A stretch of 40,015 nt of DNA from a virus. Where the stretch lies: positions 1-40,015 of IMG/VR virus record IMGVR_UViG_3300045988_093525; one strand, written 5' to 3'. The notes below the pieces were generated by a model that was given only the letters and a program-made list of their open reading frames with translations, was not told the DNA's origin and ran no database searches. A program made the translations under genes and the position numbers. Of the stretch, positions 32,458 through 40,015 are shown piece by piece; the first letter of the stretch is position 1, and every line of letters begins with the position of its first letter.

Positions 32458-35400
32458 TGGGCTTTTTATTTAATCGTGGTAAAAATACCACTAATCGAGC
32501 CGATATGATTGCTGATTTTCAAATCAACAGTGCTTCATATGGTGAGGTAGTGCCTGAAGTGTTAGGCACTACACGATTGAGTGGCAATATTATTTACTAC
32601 GACGATTTCACACCTCATGAACATCGCAGTACGACAAGAACTGGTAAAGGTGGCGGTTCAAAGCATACAGAAATAACCTACACCTATACTGTTGCATGTG
32701 CTATTGGCTTATGTGAGGGCCCTATCGCCGGTATAGGGAAGGTTTGGCGAGACAAGGAAATATATACCTATCCGAGCGAAAAAATCGAACTGACGGCATA
32801 TAATGGCGATTATGGACAAACTCCGTGGCCTTATGTTTTATCCAAGCACTCTGAAAAAGCATTGCCTTATAGTGGCTTGGCATATATGGCCGGTGTTGTT
32901 GATTTAGGGGAACGAGGTAGCCTACCTCAATTTAATTTTGAAATTAGAGGGAAGCTATTAGATACTGGCGACGGTATCGATGTAAATCCTGCCGATTATA
33001 TTGTGCATGTGTTAAAGTCTATCGGTATTGATGATGTAAACATAGACGGATTAGACAATTATCGTGCTTATTGTAAAGCAGCTGATATTCTAATTAGTAC
33101 ACCTCCGGACAGTAAAAGCTCAAAGGCTCAAAATGTTATTAATGATATAGCTGAAATTACAAATAGTCTTGTATTTTGGAGTACAGACCGTTTAAAAATT
33201 GTACCATTAGCCGATAAGCCTATTGGTGATTGGTCGCCAGCTAATCAAATTCAATATAACTTAACAGCAGATGATCTTATTCCGGCTAGCGACGGACAAC
33301 TTATTGTATATAAGCGAAAAGATAGCTCGGAAACATATAATCAGGCGACAGTTGAGTTCATTAATCGAGCCAATAGCTATGAGAAAGAAACCGTATCATT
33401 CGAGGTAGTAGCAGATGTTCAAAAGAACGGTCTAAAACCAGCGTCTAAGAAGTCCGCTCATTATCTCTATACTAAGGCAAGGGCTCAATACTACGCTGAA
33501 CAGCTTGCTATGAAACGGCTATATGCAAAGAATCAATATACATTCCATCTCGACTGGGCTTTTTGCAGATTGGAACCAGGCGACCTAGTAACAATTACAG
33601 ATGAGTTATGCGGATTGCGTGAGCAAATCGTAGTTATAACATCAGTATCAGAAGCTGCAGATGGACAACTTGAAATTACAGCAGAGGGTAAACCGCCAGG
33701 AACATATGCTCCGGCAAAGTATAACGTTCATGAAAACGAACGACCTTTTATTGATTATAATGTGCCTGCTCCAAGTGTTAATGACGTAGCCATTATTCAA
33801 ACGCCAGGTGATGTAGGCGGTAATGAATTATATATTGGTATTAATTCAGAGCCTAATTGGGGTGGCTGTTCTATATGGTTGTCGGACAATAACGAAAACT
33901 ATAAACGAATTGGCAATATCTCACAACAGGCTCGAATGGGTAGGCTAAAGACAAACCTAACACAAGGAAGCAACACCGCTAATGTGATAATCAATCAAGG
34001 TGCATTAAAAGGTGGCAGTCATGTTGATGCTGAACGAGCCAATACTCTATGCTGGGTTGACGGCGAGTGCCTATCTTATGAAACAGCTCAATTGCAGCTT
34101 AATGGCGATTATGCTTTGGGTGGTATTATACGTGGCCAATATGGAACTAATGATACAGCTCATAATGCTGGTGCTAGGTTCGTAAGAGTTGATGAGGCAT
34201 TATATCATGCTCCATATCGTAAAGAGGATATCGGAAAGCAGGTATATTTTAAGTTTACGTCGTTTAACATGTATGGATCTAACGAACAAGGGTTAGATGA
34301 GGTGCAAGCATACCCATATACAATCACACCATACTATATTCCGGAAGTAAGCGATTTAGCATTATTTACTAAGTATTACGAAATTGGCGATGGTGTATTG
34401 TCATTTGATGTAGTAGCTGCATTTACTCAACCAACTATTAATACATTTGATACTGTCGAAGCATGGTATCGTGAAGGTACAAACGAATGGAAGTATGGCG
34501 GTAATGGTGATAATCAAATCGTTATTAGTGGTTGTGAATTAGGCCATTCATATGAGGTGCGATTAAAGGTAAAGGACCGTCATGGAAACTACTCACAAGG
34601 CATTATCAAATCTGTATTAGTTGAGCTCAAATCAGAAGTGCCTAATACTCCGCAAGGGCTGGGCGTTTCGTTTGGTGATGTTGCCACCTTTAATTGGTTA
34701 GAGGTGCGTAACGCTGATATTGATTTTTATGAGCTACGATATGATCTGCACCCAGGTCAAGAGTATGGGCTAATTGGTAAAAGCAATAATACTACTTTAA
34801 GCACTCTATTAACAGAACGGAGTGCAAAAGTATATTTATATGCTCATAACCCTACAAAGGGGTATAGCGCTCCGGCAGAATTGACATATAACGTACCTAT
34901 TCCACCTAAACCATCTACTATCAAAATAGTTAGTTTGATTAATGGTATCGGTATTACTACCGATACTATCAAGTTAGGTTGTAAAGGGGTTAATATTTAC
35001 GTTGACGGCACTAGGTATTTCTTTACAACAAATGTAGCAACAATACCATTGGAAAGTGGCGTTCATACAGTACAGGTTGCATTTGTTGATCTATTTGGAG
35101 AAGGTCCTAGAAGTGATGAGCAACTAGCGACAATCAAAGCTAAAATCGATAAGTCCCTACTCGATATTGAAAGTCTAGGCCTAGAGGGAATAGACAAAGC
35201 AGTAAATGACTTGAAAGGCGAAATAGGCACAGTCAAGACCGCCGTCAATGGTATGGATAGCAAGATAATCGACCTTGGAAATGCGTACCAGCGCACTTTG
35301 AGCGATTATCAAAATAACGTAAATTCACAAATCACGCAGATTTCAAGCGGTATTGATTTGAAAGTAACGCAAGCTATCAATAATATAGACGGCGCTGAAC

Positions 35401-35693
35401 TGGTGAGCCGTATCAATTTAAGCCCAGCAGGTACACGCATAGACGGCAAATTATTGCATGTTACTGGTCAAGCACTGTTCGATAATAATATCATCACAAA
35501 AGGCATGATACAGGCTGGGGCTGTTACTGCTGATAAAATGCAGGTGGATAGTCTTTCGTCTATCACGGCTACAATCGGCACATTGCGAACTAAAACAAGT
35601 GGCGCAAGGGTTGAAATTAGCGACAATCTAATTCAAGTATTTGATGAGAATAATACATTGCGAGTGAGGTTAGGCTTATGGCAAGACGATTGA
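32457..35693 (+). CDS. Host-specificity / central tail fibre protein (gpJ / GTA g15-like)
   Basis: 1078 aa. Position and size fit. FN3-like repeats lie in the middle region and a coiled-coil-like region near the C-terminus. Confidence 0.75.
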   Translation: MGFLFNRGKNTTNRADMIADFQINSASYGEVVPEVLGTTRLSGNIIYYDDFTPHEHRSTTRTGKGGGSKHTEITYTYTVACAIGLCEGPIAGIGKVWRDKEIYTYPSEKIELTAYNGDYGQTPWPYVLSKHSEKALPYSGLAYMAGVVDLGERGSLPQFNFEIRGKLLDTGDGIDVNPADYIVHVLKSIGIDDVNIDGLDNYRAYCKAADILISTPPDSKSSKAQNVINDIAEITNSLVFWSTDRLKIVPLADKPIGDWSPANQIQYNLTADDLIPASDGQLIVYKRKDSSETYNQATVEFINRANSYEKETVSFEVVADVQKNGLKPASKKSAHYLYTKARAQYYAEQLAMKRLYAKNQYTFHLDWAFCRLEPGDLVTITDELCGLREQIVVITSVSEAADGQLEITAEGKPPGTYAPAKYNVHENERPFIDYNVPAPSVNDVAIIQTPGDVGGNELYIGINSEPNWGGCSIWLSDNNENYKRIGNISQQARMGRLKTNLTQGSNTANVIINQGALKGGSHVDAERANTLCWVDGECLSYETAQLQLNGDYALGGIIRGQYGTNDTAHNAGARFVRVDEALYHAPYRKEDIGKQVYFKFTSFNMYGSNEQGLDEVQAYPYTITPYYIPEVSDLALFTKYYEIGDGVLSFDVVAAFTQPTINTFDTVEAWYREGTNEWKYGGNGDNQIVISGCELGHSYEVRLKVKDRHGNYSQGIIKSVLVELKSEVPNTPQGLGVSFGDVATFNWLEVRNADIDFYELRYDLHPGQEYGLIGKSNNTTLSTLLTERSAKVYLYAHNPTKGYSAPAELTYNVPIPPKPSTIKIVSLINGIGITTDTIKLGCKGVNIYVDGTRYFFTTNVATIPLESGVHTVQVAFVDLFGEGPRSDEQLATIKAKIDKSLLDIESLGLEGIDKAVNDLKGEIGTVKTAVNGMDSKIIDLGNAYQRTLSDYQNNVNSQITQISSGIDLKVTQAINNIDGAELVSRINLSPAGTRIDGKLLHVTGQALFDNNIITKGMIQAGAVTADKMQVDSLSSITATIGTLRTKTSGARVEISDNLIQVFDENNTLRVRLGLWQDD

Positions 35694-36049
35694 TTAATTT
35701 TGTAAAAAGAATATTTAATTCATTATTTAAGCGAAAGGGTGATAATGTGCCAGCTGGTGTAGAAGTATTTGATAAAAATGGCAATATAGTTGCTGATGTA
35801 ACAACAACATTAACAAAAATTGTATGGTTTAAAGTGCTTGATACATTCGAGCCGTCAATCAGCGTTACGATACCCATTTATAAAAATCAAAAAATATTTA
35901 CAGCGCGTGAATTCAATCCGTTATCAAACGAAAGATACACGGCCGATTATGTTGCAAAAATAACAGGCGATACGGTTACTTTTGTATTGACTGATAACAA
36001 CGCTATAGGTAAAAAATGTTCTATTAAATTGATGATAGGGGTGTGCTAA
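35678..36049 (+). CDS. Hypothetical tail-associated protein
   Basis: 123 aa. It overlaps the previous gene by 16 nt. Confidence 0.55.
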   Translation: MARRLINFVKRIFNSLFKRKGDNVPAGVEVFDKNGNIVADVTTTLTKIVWFKVLDTFEPSISVTIPIYKNQKIFTAREFNPLSNERYTADYVAKITGDTVTFVLTDNNAIGKKCSIKLMIGVC

Positions 36050-36051
36050 CT

Positions 36052-36864
36052 ATGCATATGTTTGAAGTTGTAAATAACGATAATAAAATCGTACTAGATG
36101 ATACGCAGAAGTGTATGCATTTAAAATATTTATTAAAATATACGAAATCAAATTTCGTAACTCTTAATAGGTGGACGCCTACGTATGGCGCTTATTTTTC
36201 TAAATTTAAAAATCCAGCACAAAACTTATACACGGGGAGCCTAGAGCAAGGGCAAGTAATGCAACGCGTATTTATTAAAGTGCCGATTACGAAACGCGAT
36301 AAAGATGAATTTTATTTATACTCTATCCACTTCCCTCATGAAGTGCCGTCGTTTAGAACGAGTGAAACTTGTGAATATGATAGTAATAGAAATGTATTTC
36401 AACCACTTTTCTTACTCACTATGTACTTGCCAGCTGGCGCAGCGGTTGAGGATATTATCGAGGATTTGGAAGTATATGTATATTCGAGCAAATTAAAGGG
36501 TAAAACAAATTTTGGACTAGAAATATTTGATAAAGATAGAAATAAATTATTTAGCAGCTCGTTGTATTATATGCGTGTATGCGATGTAAAAGATGCCTAT
36601 TATACAGTGAACAATAAAAACGCACAGGATTTTTACACGCAAACAAGCTATAACGGCATAAAAAAAATAGGCTTGACAAGTATTGATTCATGGACAGCTC
36701 AAGAAATTGCAATCAACGGAAATACCGTAACAACCTATTTAAGCAATAGCCAACACACACAACTATCATTAGAGCATGGATATGACGGGCATATGATGTA
36801 TATTGTATCAGAATTAGAGGGGCATCAAGATTTCCCTGTTTCCGTTGATTTAGGCGAAATATAA
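36052..36864 (+). CDS. Hypothetical tail-associated protein
   Basis: About 270 aa. The likely start is ATG 36052, 8 nt after AGGGGTG. Confidence 0.6.
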   Translation: MHMFEVVNNDNKIVLDDTQKCMHLKYLLKYTKSNFVTLNRWTPTYGAYFSKFKNPAQNLYTGSLEQGQVMQRVFIKVPITKRDKDEFYLYSIHFPHEVPSFRTSETCEYDSNRNVFQPLFLLTMYLPAGAAVEDIIEDLEVYVYSSKLKGKTNFGLEIFDKDRNKLFSSSLYYMRVCDVKDAYYTVNNKNAQDFYTQTSYNGIKKIGLTSIDSWTAQEIAINGNTVTTYLSNSQHTQLSLEHGYDGHMMYIVSELEGHQDFPVSVDLGEI

Positions 36865-36875
36865 ACGAGGTGCAT

Positions 36876-37196
36876 ATGAACTTTATCAGAAACGAGCCAG
36901 AAACATTACACATCGGCGCTGATTATCGTAGAGGCTACGAGGTCAGTGCCGATTTTGATTTAAGCAACTGCACGGCAATTATGAAAGTGCGGAGCGTACA
37001 AGGCAAATTATTGGCCGAGGCTGAATGTGTAATTCATGATAATATCGTGTATTGTACTATCACCGCCGAGGCAACTAAGAACATAGGCCGCAATTATAGG
37101 AACGGTCAATATGATGTGTTCCTTATTCATGGGAACGATACCACTAAAATCGTAATGGGTGATATTAAATTCATTCATGATATTTCAGCACATTAG
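36876..37196 (+). CDS. Hypothetical tail-associated protein
   Basis: About 106 aa. The start is ATG 36876 or GTG 36870. Confidence 0.55.
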   Translation: MNFIRNEPETLHIGADYRRGYEVSADFDLSNCTAIMKVRSVQGKLLAEAECVIHDNIVYCTITAEATKNIGRNYRNGQYDVFLIHGNDTTKIVMGDIKFIHDISAH

Positions 37197-37207
37197 GGGG
37201 TACAATT

Positions 37208-38164
37208 ATGGAAGATACAAATAACTTTGAATATGTGGAAATTAAAGCAAGGGTTCCGAAAGTGATTGATATTGTTATTCCTGGGGCGCAAGGATTACCT
37301 GGCGAACAAGGAAAGCGAGGCCCAAAAGGCGAACCATTCCGATATGAGGATTTTACACCAGAGCAATTAGAAGCCTTAAAAGGCCCTAAAGGCGATAAAG
37401 GTGAGGACGGGCGAGACGGCGCAAGTGCTACGGCCGACAACGCTCATCAGTTGTTGCTGCAAGGTAACGTGTGGTGTGAAAGTGCCAGCGTTGACGATGT
37501 ACTCACCGCTTTAATTGGTAATATGGGTAAGCCGTTCCCTCGTACTGAATTTAAGCCGTTGACTATTCCAAGCGTGATTCAAGGGCAACAAATTGTATCC
37601 GTTACAGGCGAGCCTCATTACAGCGTTAAGGTACTTGATAATGACACACCTTTCACGCTAGACAGTACTGGGGCTTGTACTGTAACAATTCCACCTCTAG
37701 GCGAAGATGATATTAAACTCACTTATCACAATTTCACAGGTGCAAAAGTTGCAGAATACAAAATTTCTGGCGTTCAAGCTGATGCAGTTGCTGATGAAGA
37801 ATACGAAGAAAATGGTATTGTGTACAAACGTTATGGCGATGTGTTGAAAATGAACATTACCAATAATACAGTGAATGGGAACTTCAACGTAAACCCTAAG
37901 CATTGGAACATTTTGACTATGTCTATGTACGCTAATAGACAGACGACTCTTAATTTAGGTGATAATTGGAACGCATACGGTCCTTACTTTGTGGAAACAC
38001 CCGAAAATATTACGTTCAAAGGATTTAACAATAACATGCGACTAACCATAGCTACATCAACACAGGTGGCTACAACGATGGCCTTTGATAAGAATACCAT
38101 TGAATGGAATGCGACTAACCATAGCTACATCAACACAGGTGACTACAACGCTGACCATTTATAA
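37208..38164 (+). CDS. Tail fibre protein with short collagen-like (G-X-Y) repeats
   Basis: 318 aa. GAQGLPGEQGKRGPKGEP and GPKGDKGEDGRDG triplet repeats lie near the N-terminus, with a non-repetitive C-terminal domain. Confidence 0.75.
   Translation: MEDTNNFEYVEIKARVPKVIDIVIPGAQGLPGEQGKRGPKGEPFRYEDFTPEQLEALKGPKGDKGEDGRDGASATADNAHQLLLQGNVWCESASVDDVLTALIGNMGKPFPRTEFKPLTIPSVIQGQQIVSVTGEPHYSVKVLDNDTPFTLDSTGACTVTIPPLGEDDIKLTYHNFTGAKVAEYKISGVQADAVADEEYEENGIVYKRYGDVLKMNITNNTVNGNFNVNPKHWNILTMSMYANRQTTLNLGDNWNAYGPYFVETPENITFKGFNNNMRLTIATSTQVATTMAFDKNTIEWNATNHSYINTGDYNADHL
38039..38159 (+). repeat. Direct repeat at the fibre gene 3' end, read in two different frames
   Basis: cgactaaccatagctacatcaacacaggtg at 38039-38068 is identical to 38112-38141. 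Similarity extends to ~48 bp with 4 mismatches. The offset of 73 bp is not a multiple of 3. Confidence 0.9.
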
Positions 38165-38186
38165 TTAACTAACATAAGGAGAACAC

Positions 38187-38717
38187 ATGCAAGAATTAAC
38201 GAATTTCATGAGCGAGGCTTGGCGGACATTGACGGATTCGTTCGTTCTAAAAGCCTTGCTTGCTATCATCGCCGATGTAGCGATATATATGATTGGCTTA
38301 AAACATGTGCAGGTGCTAGGCATATTCATATTACTGGTATTTCTAGACCTCATTACAAAATGGGCGGCTATATCATATCAAATGCTTGTTGATATGGGGG
38401 CAAATGCTGACAATCTAACAGCATTAGACAAATATATAGCTATTCCAGCTGCATGGGGAAAGGGGTTAATATCCTCAAAGCATATGCGCAAGCCTTTCGT
38501 TACAAAAGTCTTAACATATTGCCTTGCTACTGGCGCCGCATGGTGCTTTGACTATATGGCAGGTCAATATGCTTTCGCCGTAAATATTGTGTGGTTGTAT
38601 CTAGGCTCGGTAGAGTTATTGAGCATACTTGAGAACATGCGAGACGGCGGGAATACTACCATATCTGGCTTGCTTGACGTGGTTCATGCAAGAGTAGATA
38701 TGATTTTAAAAAAATAA
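38187..38717 (+). CDS. Holin (Phage_holin_4_1-like, multi-TM)
   Basis: 176 aa with about four hydrophobic helices. It contains the family-like motifs FLDLITKW and VELLSILENMRDGG. It lies upstream of the endolysin. Confidence 0.75.
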   Translation: MQELTNFMSEAWRTLTDSFVLKALLAIIADVAIYMIGLKHVQVLGIFILLVFLDLITKWAAISYQMLVDMGANADNLTALDKYIAIPAAWGKGLISSKHMRKPFVTKVLTYCLATGAAWCFDYMAGQYAFAVNIVWLYLGSVELLSILENMRDGGNTTISGLLDVVHARVDMILKK

Positions 38718-38732
38718 TATAGTGTTGTTTAT

Positions 38733-38764
38733 GCCACGCTCACGATATATGGGCGTGGCTTTTA
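38733..38764 (+). terminator. Possible weak terminator/hairpin between holin and endolysin
   Basis: GCCACGC (38733-39) pairs with GCGTGGC (38753-59), 13-nt loop, then TTTTAT. Confidence 0.4.
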
Positions 38765-38789
38765 TATTGCAGAAACAGAGGTGCATATA

Positions 38790-39179
38790 ATGAAAATTGG
38801 TAAATATTTTTATAATTATGAATTCGCATGCAAATGCGGCCGTCATGGATATGATAGCGACGGACACCCTATTTTAGACCACATCATTGATAAAAGGCTC
38901 GTTGATGTATTGGACGCTATCCGCGAACGTATCGGGCAACCTATCGAAGTGTTAAGCGGTTATCGTTGCCCAGAACATAATGCGGAAGTCGGTGGCGTTT
39001 CTAACTCTCAACACGTTGAGGGTACAGCAGCCGATATCACCTATGATGGCATTGATGTTGATTACCTTGCACAAGTTGCCGAGGAATGTGGGGCGGATGG
39101 AATTGGTAAATACTACCATCAGGACTTTGTACACGTTGATGTACGAGGGTATGCGGCACGTTGGAATGATCTTGACTAA
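38790..39179 (+). CDS. Peptidase M15 (D-Ala-D-Ala carboxypeptidase-like) endolysin
   Basis: ATG 38790 after AGAGGTG. SGYRCPEHNAEVGGVSNSQHVEGTAADI...FVHVDVR carries the H-x6-D...H zinc ligand pattern of the M15 family. Confidence 0.85.
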   Translation: MKIGKYFYNYEFACKCGRHGYDSDGHPILDHIIDKRLVDVLDAIRERIGQPIEVLSGYRCPEHNAEVGGVSNSQHVEGTAADITYDGIDVDYLAQVAEECGADGIGKYYHQDFVHVDVRGYAARWNDLD

Positions 39180-39193
39180 ATAGGGGGCTAGAT

Positions 39194-39640
39194 ATGTATG
39201 AGAAATGTAAAATATACCTCAACGCGGTTAAATCTCAAATTACTGTTAAGCGGTTTATTGTGCTTGCTGGTACTATGTTGCTCATCGTTGGTGCATGCCA
39301 GCTCATCGACGGCTACCTTACAGCAAGAGGAAACTATCAACGTGCCATTGAGCGATTGGAACAAACTCAAGGAACACTTGAGGACAGCCGACGCCTCAAT
39401 CGAGAACTCAACAAACTCATTGAAGCAAGCCGACAGCTTAACAATGACGCAGGCGACCGAATTAAAAGAATTGAGGGTTATCAACAACGAGAGGGCGAAA
39501 GCCTTAACAGAATTGAGGGAAATCAACGAGAAACAGGGGCAAGAATTAGCGAAAGCCTCGAACAAAATAACAGAGCAAGAGCAGAGATTAAATCAGGCCT
39601 CGAGCTCATTGAACGAGTTGAAAGCGGAAATAAAGAATAA
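39194..39640 (+). CDS. Alternative overlapping frame: i-spanin-like type II membrane protein
   Basis: 148 aa. N-terminal TM FIVLAGTMLLIVGACQLI followed by a charged coiled coil. Its ATG lies 4 nt upstream of the other frame and shares the same AGGGGG RBS. It uses ctc/ctt Leu and many cga Arg codons. Confidence 0.35.
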   Translation: MYEKCKIYLNAVKSQITVKRFIVLAGTMLLIVGACQLIDGYLTARGNYQRAIERLEQTQGTLEDSRRLNRELNKLIEASRQLNNDAGDRIKRIEGYQQREGESLNRIEGNQRETGARISESLEQNNRARAEIKSGLELIERVESGNKE

Positions 39641-39731
39641 TAAACGAACAGAACAAAGATTACGTCGCCAACGTGATACATGGGCGATTAGTAATGCTGC
39701 ACTTTTCTTGGCTGGTGCATTACGTAGATAA
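39198..39731 (+). CDS. Spanin-like envelope protein: N-terminal signal sequence, coiled coil, C-terminal TM helix (u-spanin-like topology)
   Basis: 177 aa. N-terminus RLNLKLLLSGLLCLLVLCCSSLVHA|SS, a heptad-rich middle, and C-terminal TWAISNAALFLAGALRR. It uses tta/ttg Leu codons like the rest of the phage. It is the last gene before the terminator and attR. Confidence 0.5.
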   Translation: MRNVKYTSTRLNLKLLLSGLLCLLVLCCSSLVHASSSTATLQQEETINVPLSDWNKLKEHLRTADASIENSTNSLKQADSLTMTQATELKELRVINNERAKALTELREINEKQGQELAKASNKITEQEQRLNQASSSLNELKAEIKNNKRTEQRLRRQRDTWAISNAALFLAGALRR

Positions 39732-39800
39732 TATGGAGGTGATCCCATTTCTCCTTACTGCATAAAGGTGGATATGCAGACAACTTTTGCTTATTAAACA

Positions 39801-39838
39801 AGGGCACTTACTATAAAAGTAGGTGCCCTATTTTTTTT
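39801..39838 (+). terminator. Rho-independent terminator ending the late/lysis operon
   Basis: AGGGCACTTAC (39801-11) pairs with GTAGGTGCCCT (39819-29), with one G-U pair and a 7-nt loop, then A-T8. Confidence 0.85.
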
Positions 39839-39844
39839 GCAGTT

Positions 39845-39864
39845 TTGACATCAATTTGACATCA
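39845..39864 (+). promoter_or_regulatory. Two direct TTGACATCA copies: putative arm-type integrase sites (P arm)
   Basis: TTGACATCA at 39845-39853 and 39856-39864, 11 bp apart. They have the same sequence and orientation as the three copies at 105-149. Confidence 0.6.
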
Positions 39865-39970
39865 ATTTATATTAAAATATGCTAAAATATATAATTATAT
39901 ATGTTATATAAAAGCTGATAGATACTGTATTCCTTGAGTTTATAAATATTTATTAAATGCCACGCCATCT

Positions 39971-40015
39971 TGAGGGGGTGGTGAGCGTACGCTCGTGAGG
40001 GTTCAAGTCCCTCCA
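39971..40015. repeat. attR core (direct repeat of 1-45; partial tRNA-Leu copy)
   Basis: Identical to 1-45. The upstream flank is AT-rich phage DNA with no tRNA 5' half, although ccatc at 39965-39969 would still pair with GGTGG as the anticodon stem. Confidence 0.9.

Larger units (their letters stand above)
1..40015. mobile_element. Complete integrated temperate prophage (siphovirus-like) flanked by attL/attR direct repeats
   Basis: Identical 45-bp repeats sit at both window ends. An integrase lies next to the left repeat. Full lysogeny, replication, packaging, head, tail and lysis modules lie between the repeats in canonical order. Confidence 0.9.

Noticed and set aside
37208-38164. Diversity-generating retroelement targeting the fibre gene
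   Set aside because: There is no reverse transcriptase ORF anywhere in the window. The only repeat is a frame-shifted direct duplication, without the adenine-specific mismatch pattern of TR/VR pairs.
39188-39565. 125-aa minus-strand ORF antisense to the spanin-like locus
   Set aside because: The region is stop-poor in several frames because of purine-rich repetitive sequence. There is no RBS, and the orientation opposes the whole late operon, so it reads toward the endolysin gene.

Overview
The window is one complete, AT-rich temperate siphovirus-type prophage of about 40 kb. It is bounded by identical 45-bp direct repeats (1-45 and 39971-40015) that form the 3' part of a tRNA-Leu(GAG)-like gene. 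Gene order: attL/tRNA 3' end; tyrosine integrase (-); a promoter, twin-hairpin and terminator cassette (-); a lysogeny operon (-) of XRE repressor, short ImmA-like metalloprotease and an atypical split MazF/PemK-fold protein; then a divergent PR with palindromic operators. Everything after that is on the + strand, apart from one KTSC gene. It runs: Cro-like HTH, several tiny early ORFs missing from the ORF track, and an Xis-like HTH. Next is a recombination block of PcfJ-like protein, Rad50/SbcC-like ATPase, Bro-N/ANT, RecT and an MBL-fold hydrolase. The replication block follows: a DUF4373/DnaD-like organiser with internal iterons (probable ori), a DnaC-like loader and RusA. After that come a deoxyribosyltransferase-fold protein, a sigma/ArpU-like late regulator and a late control region. 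Then a ParB-methyltransferase fusion, TerS/TerL, portal, a MuF protein with a long C-terminal extension, scaffold, major capsid, connectors and major tail protein. The tail chaperone has a canonical -1 frameshift that the ORF track splits into two ORFs. It is followed by the tape measure, an RcGTA-like tail-tip module (DUF2460/DUF2163/NlpC-P60/host-specificity), a collagen-like fibre, holin, M15 endolysin, a doubly open spanin-like locus and attR. Strong GGAGG ribosome-binding sites and XRE/ImmA regulation (Firmicutes-like), combined with an M15 endolysin and a spanin-like gene, suggest a diderm low-GC host such as a Negativicute; this is inference only. The best candidates for something undescribed are: (i) the repressor-operon MazF-fold protein plus the adjacent twin-hairpin RNA cassette upstream of int; (ii) the late promoter, phased repeats and terminator arrangement, which implies antitermination; (iii) the fully overlapping two-frame spanin locus; (iv) the MuF C-terminal extension with a coupled small ORF; (v) a 30-bp perfect repeat read in two frames at the tail-fibre 3' end. 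No rRNA, CRISPR array, IS element or reverse transcriptase was seen.
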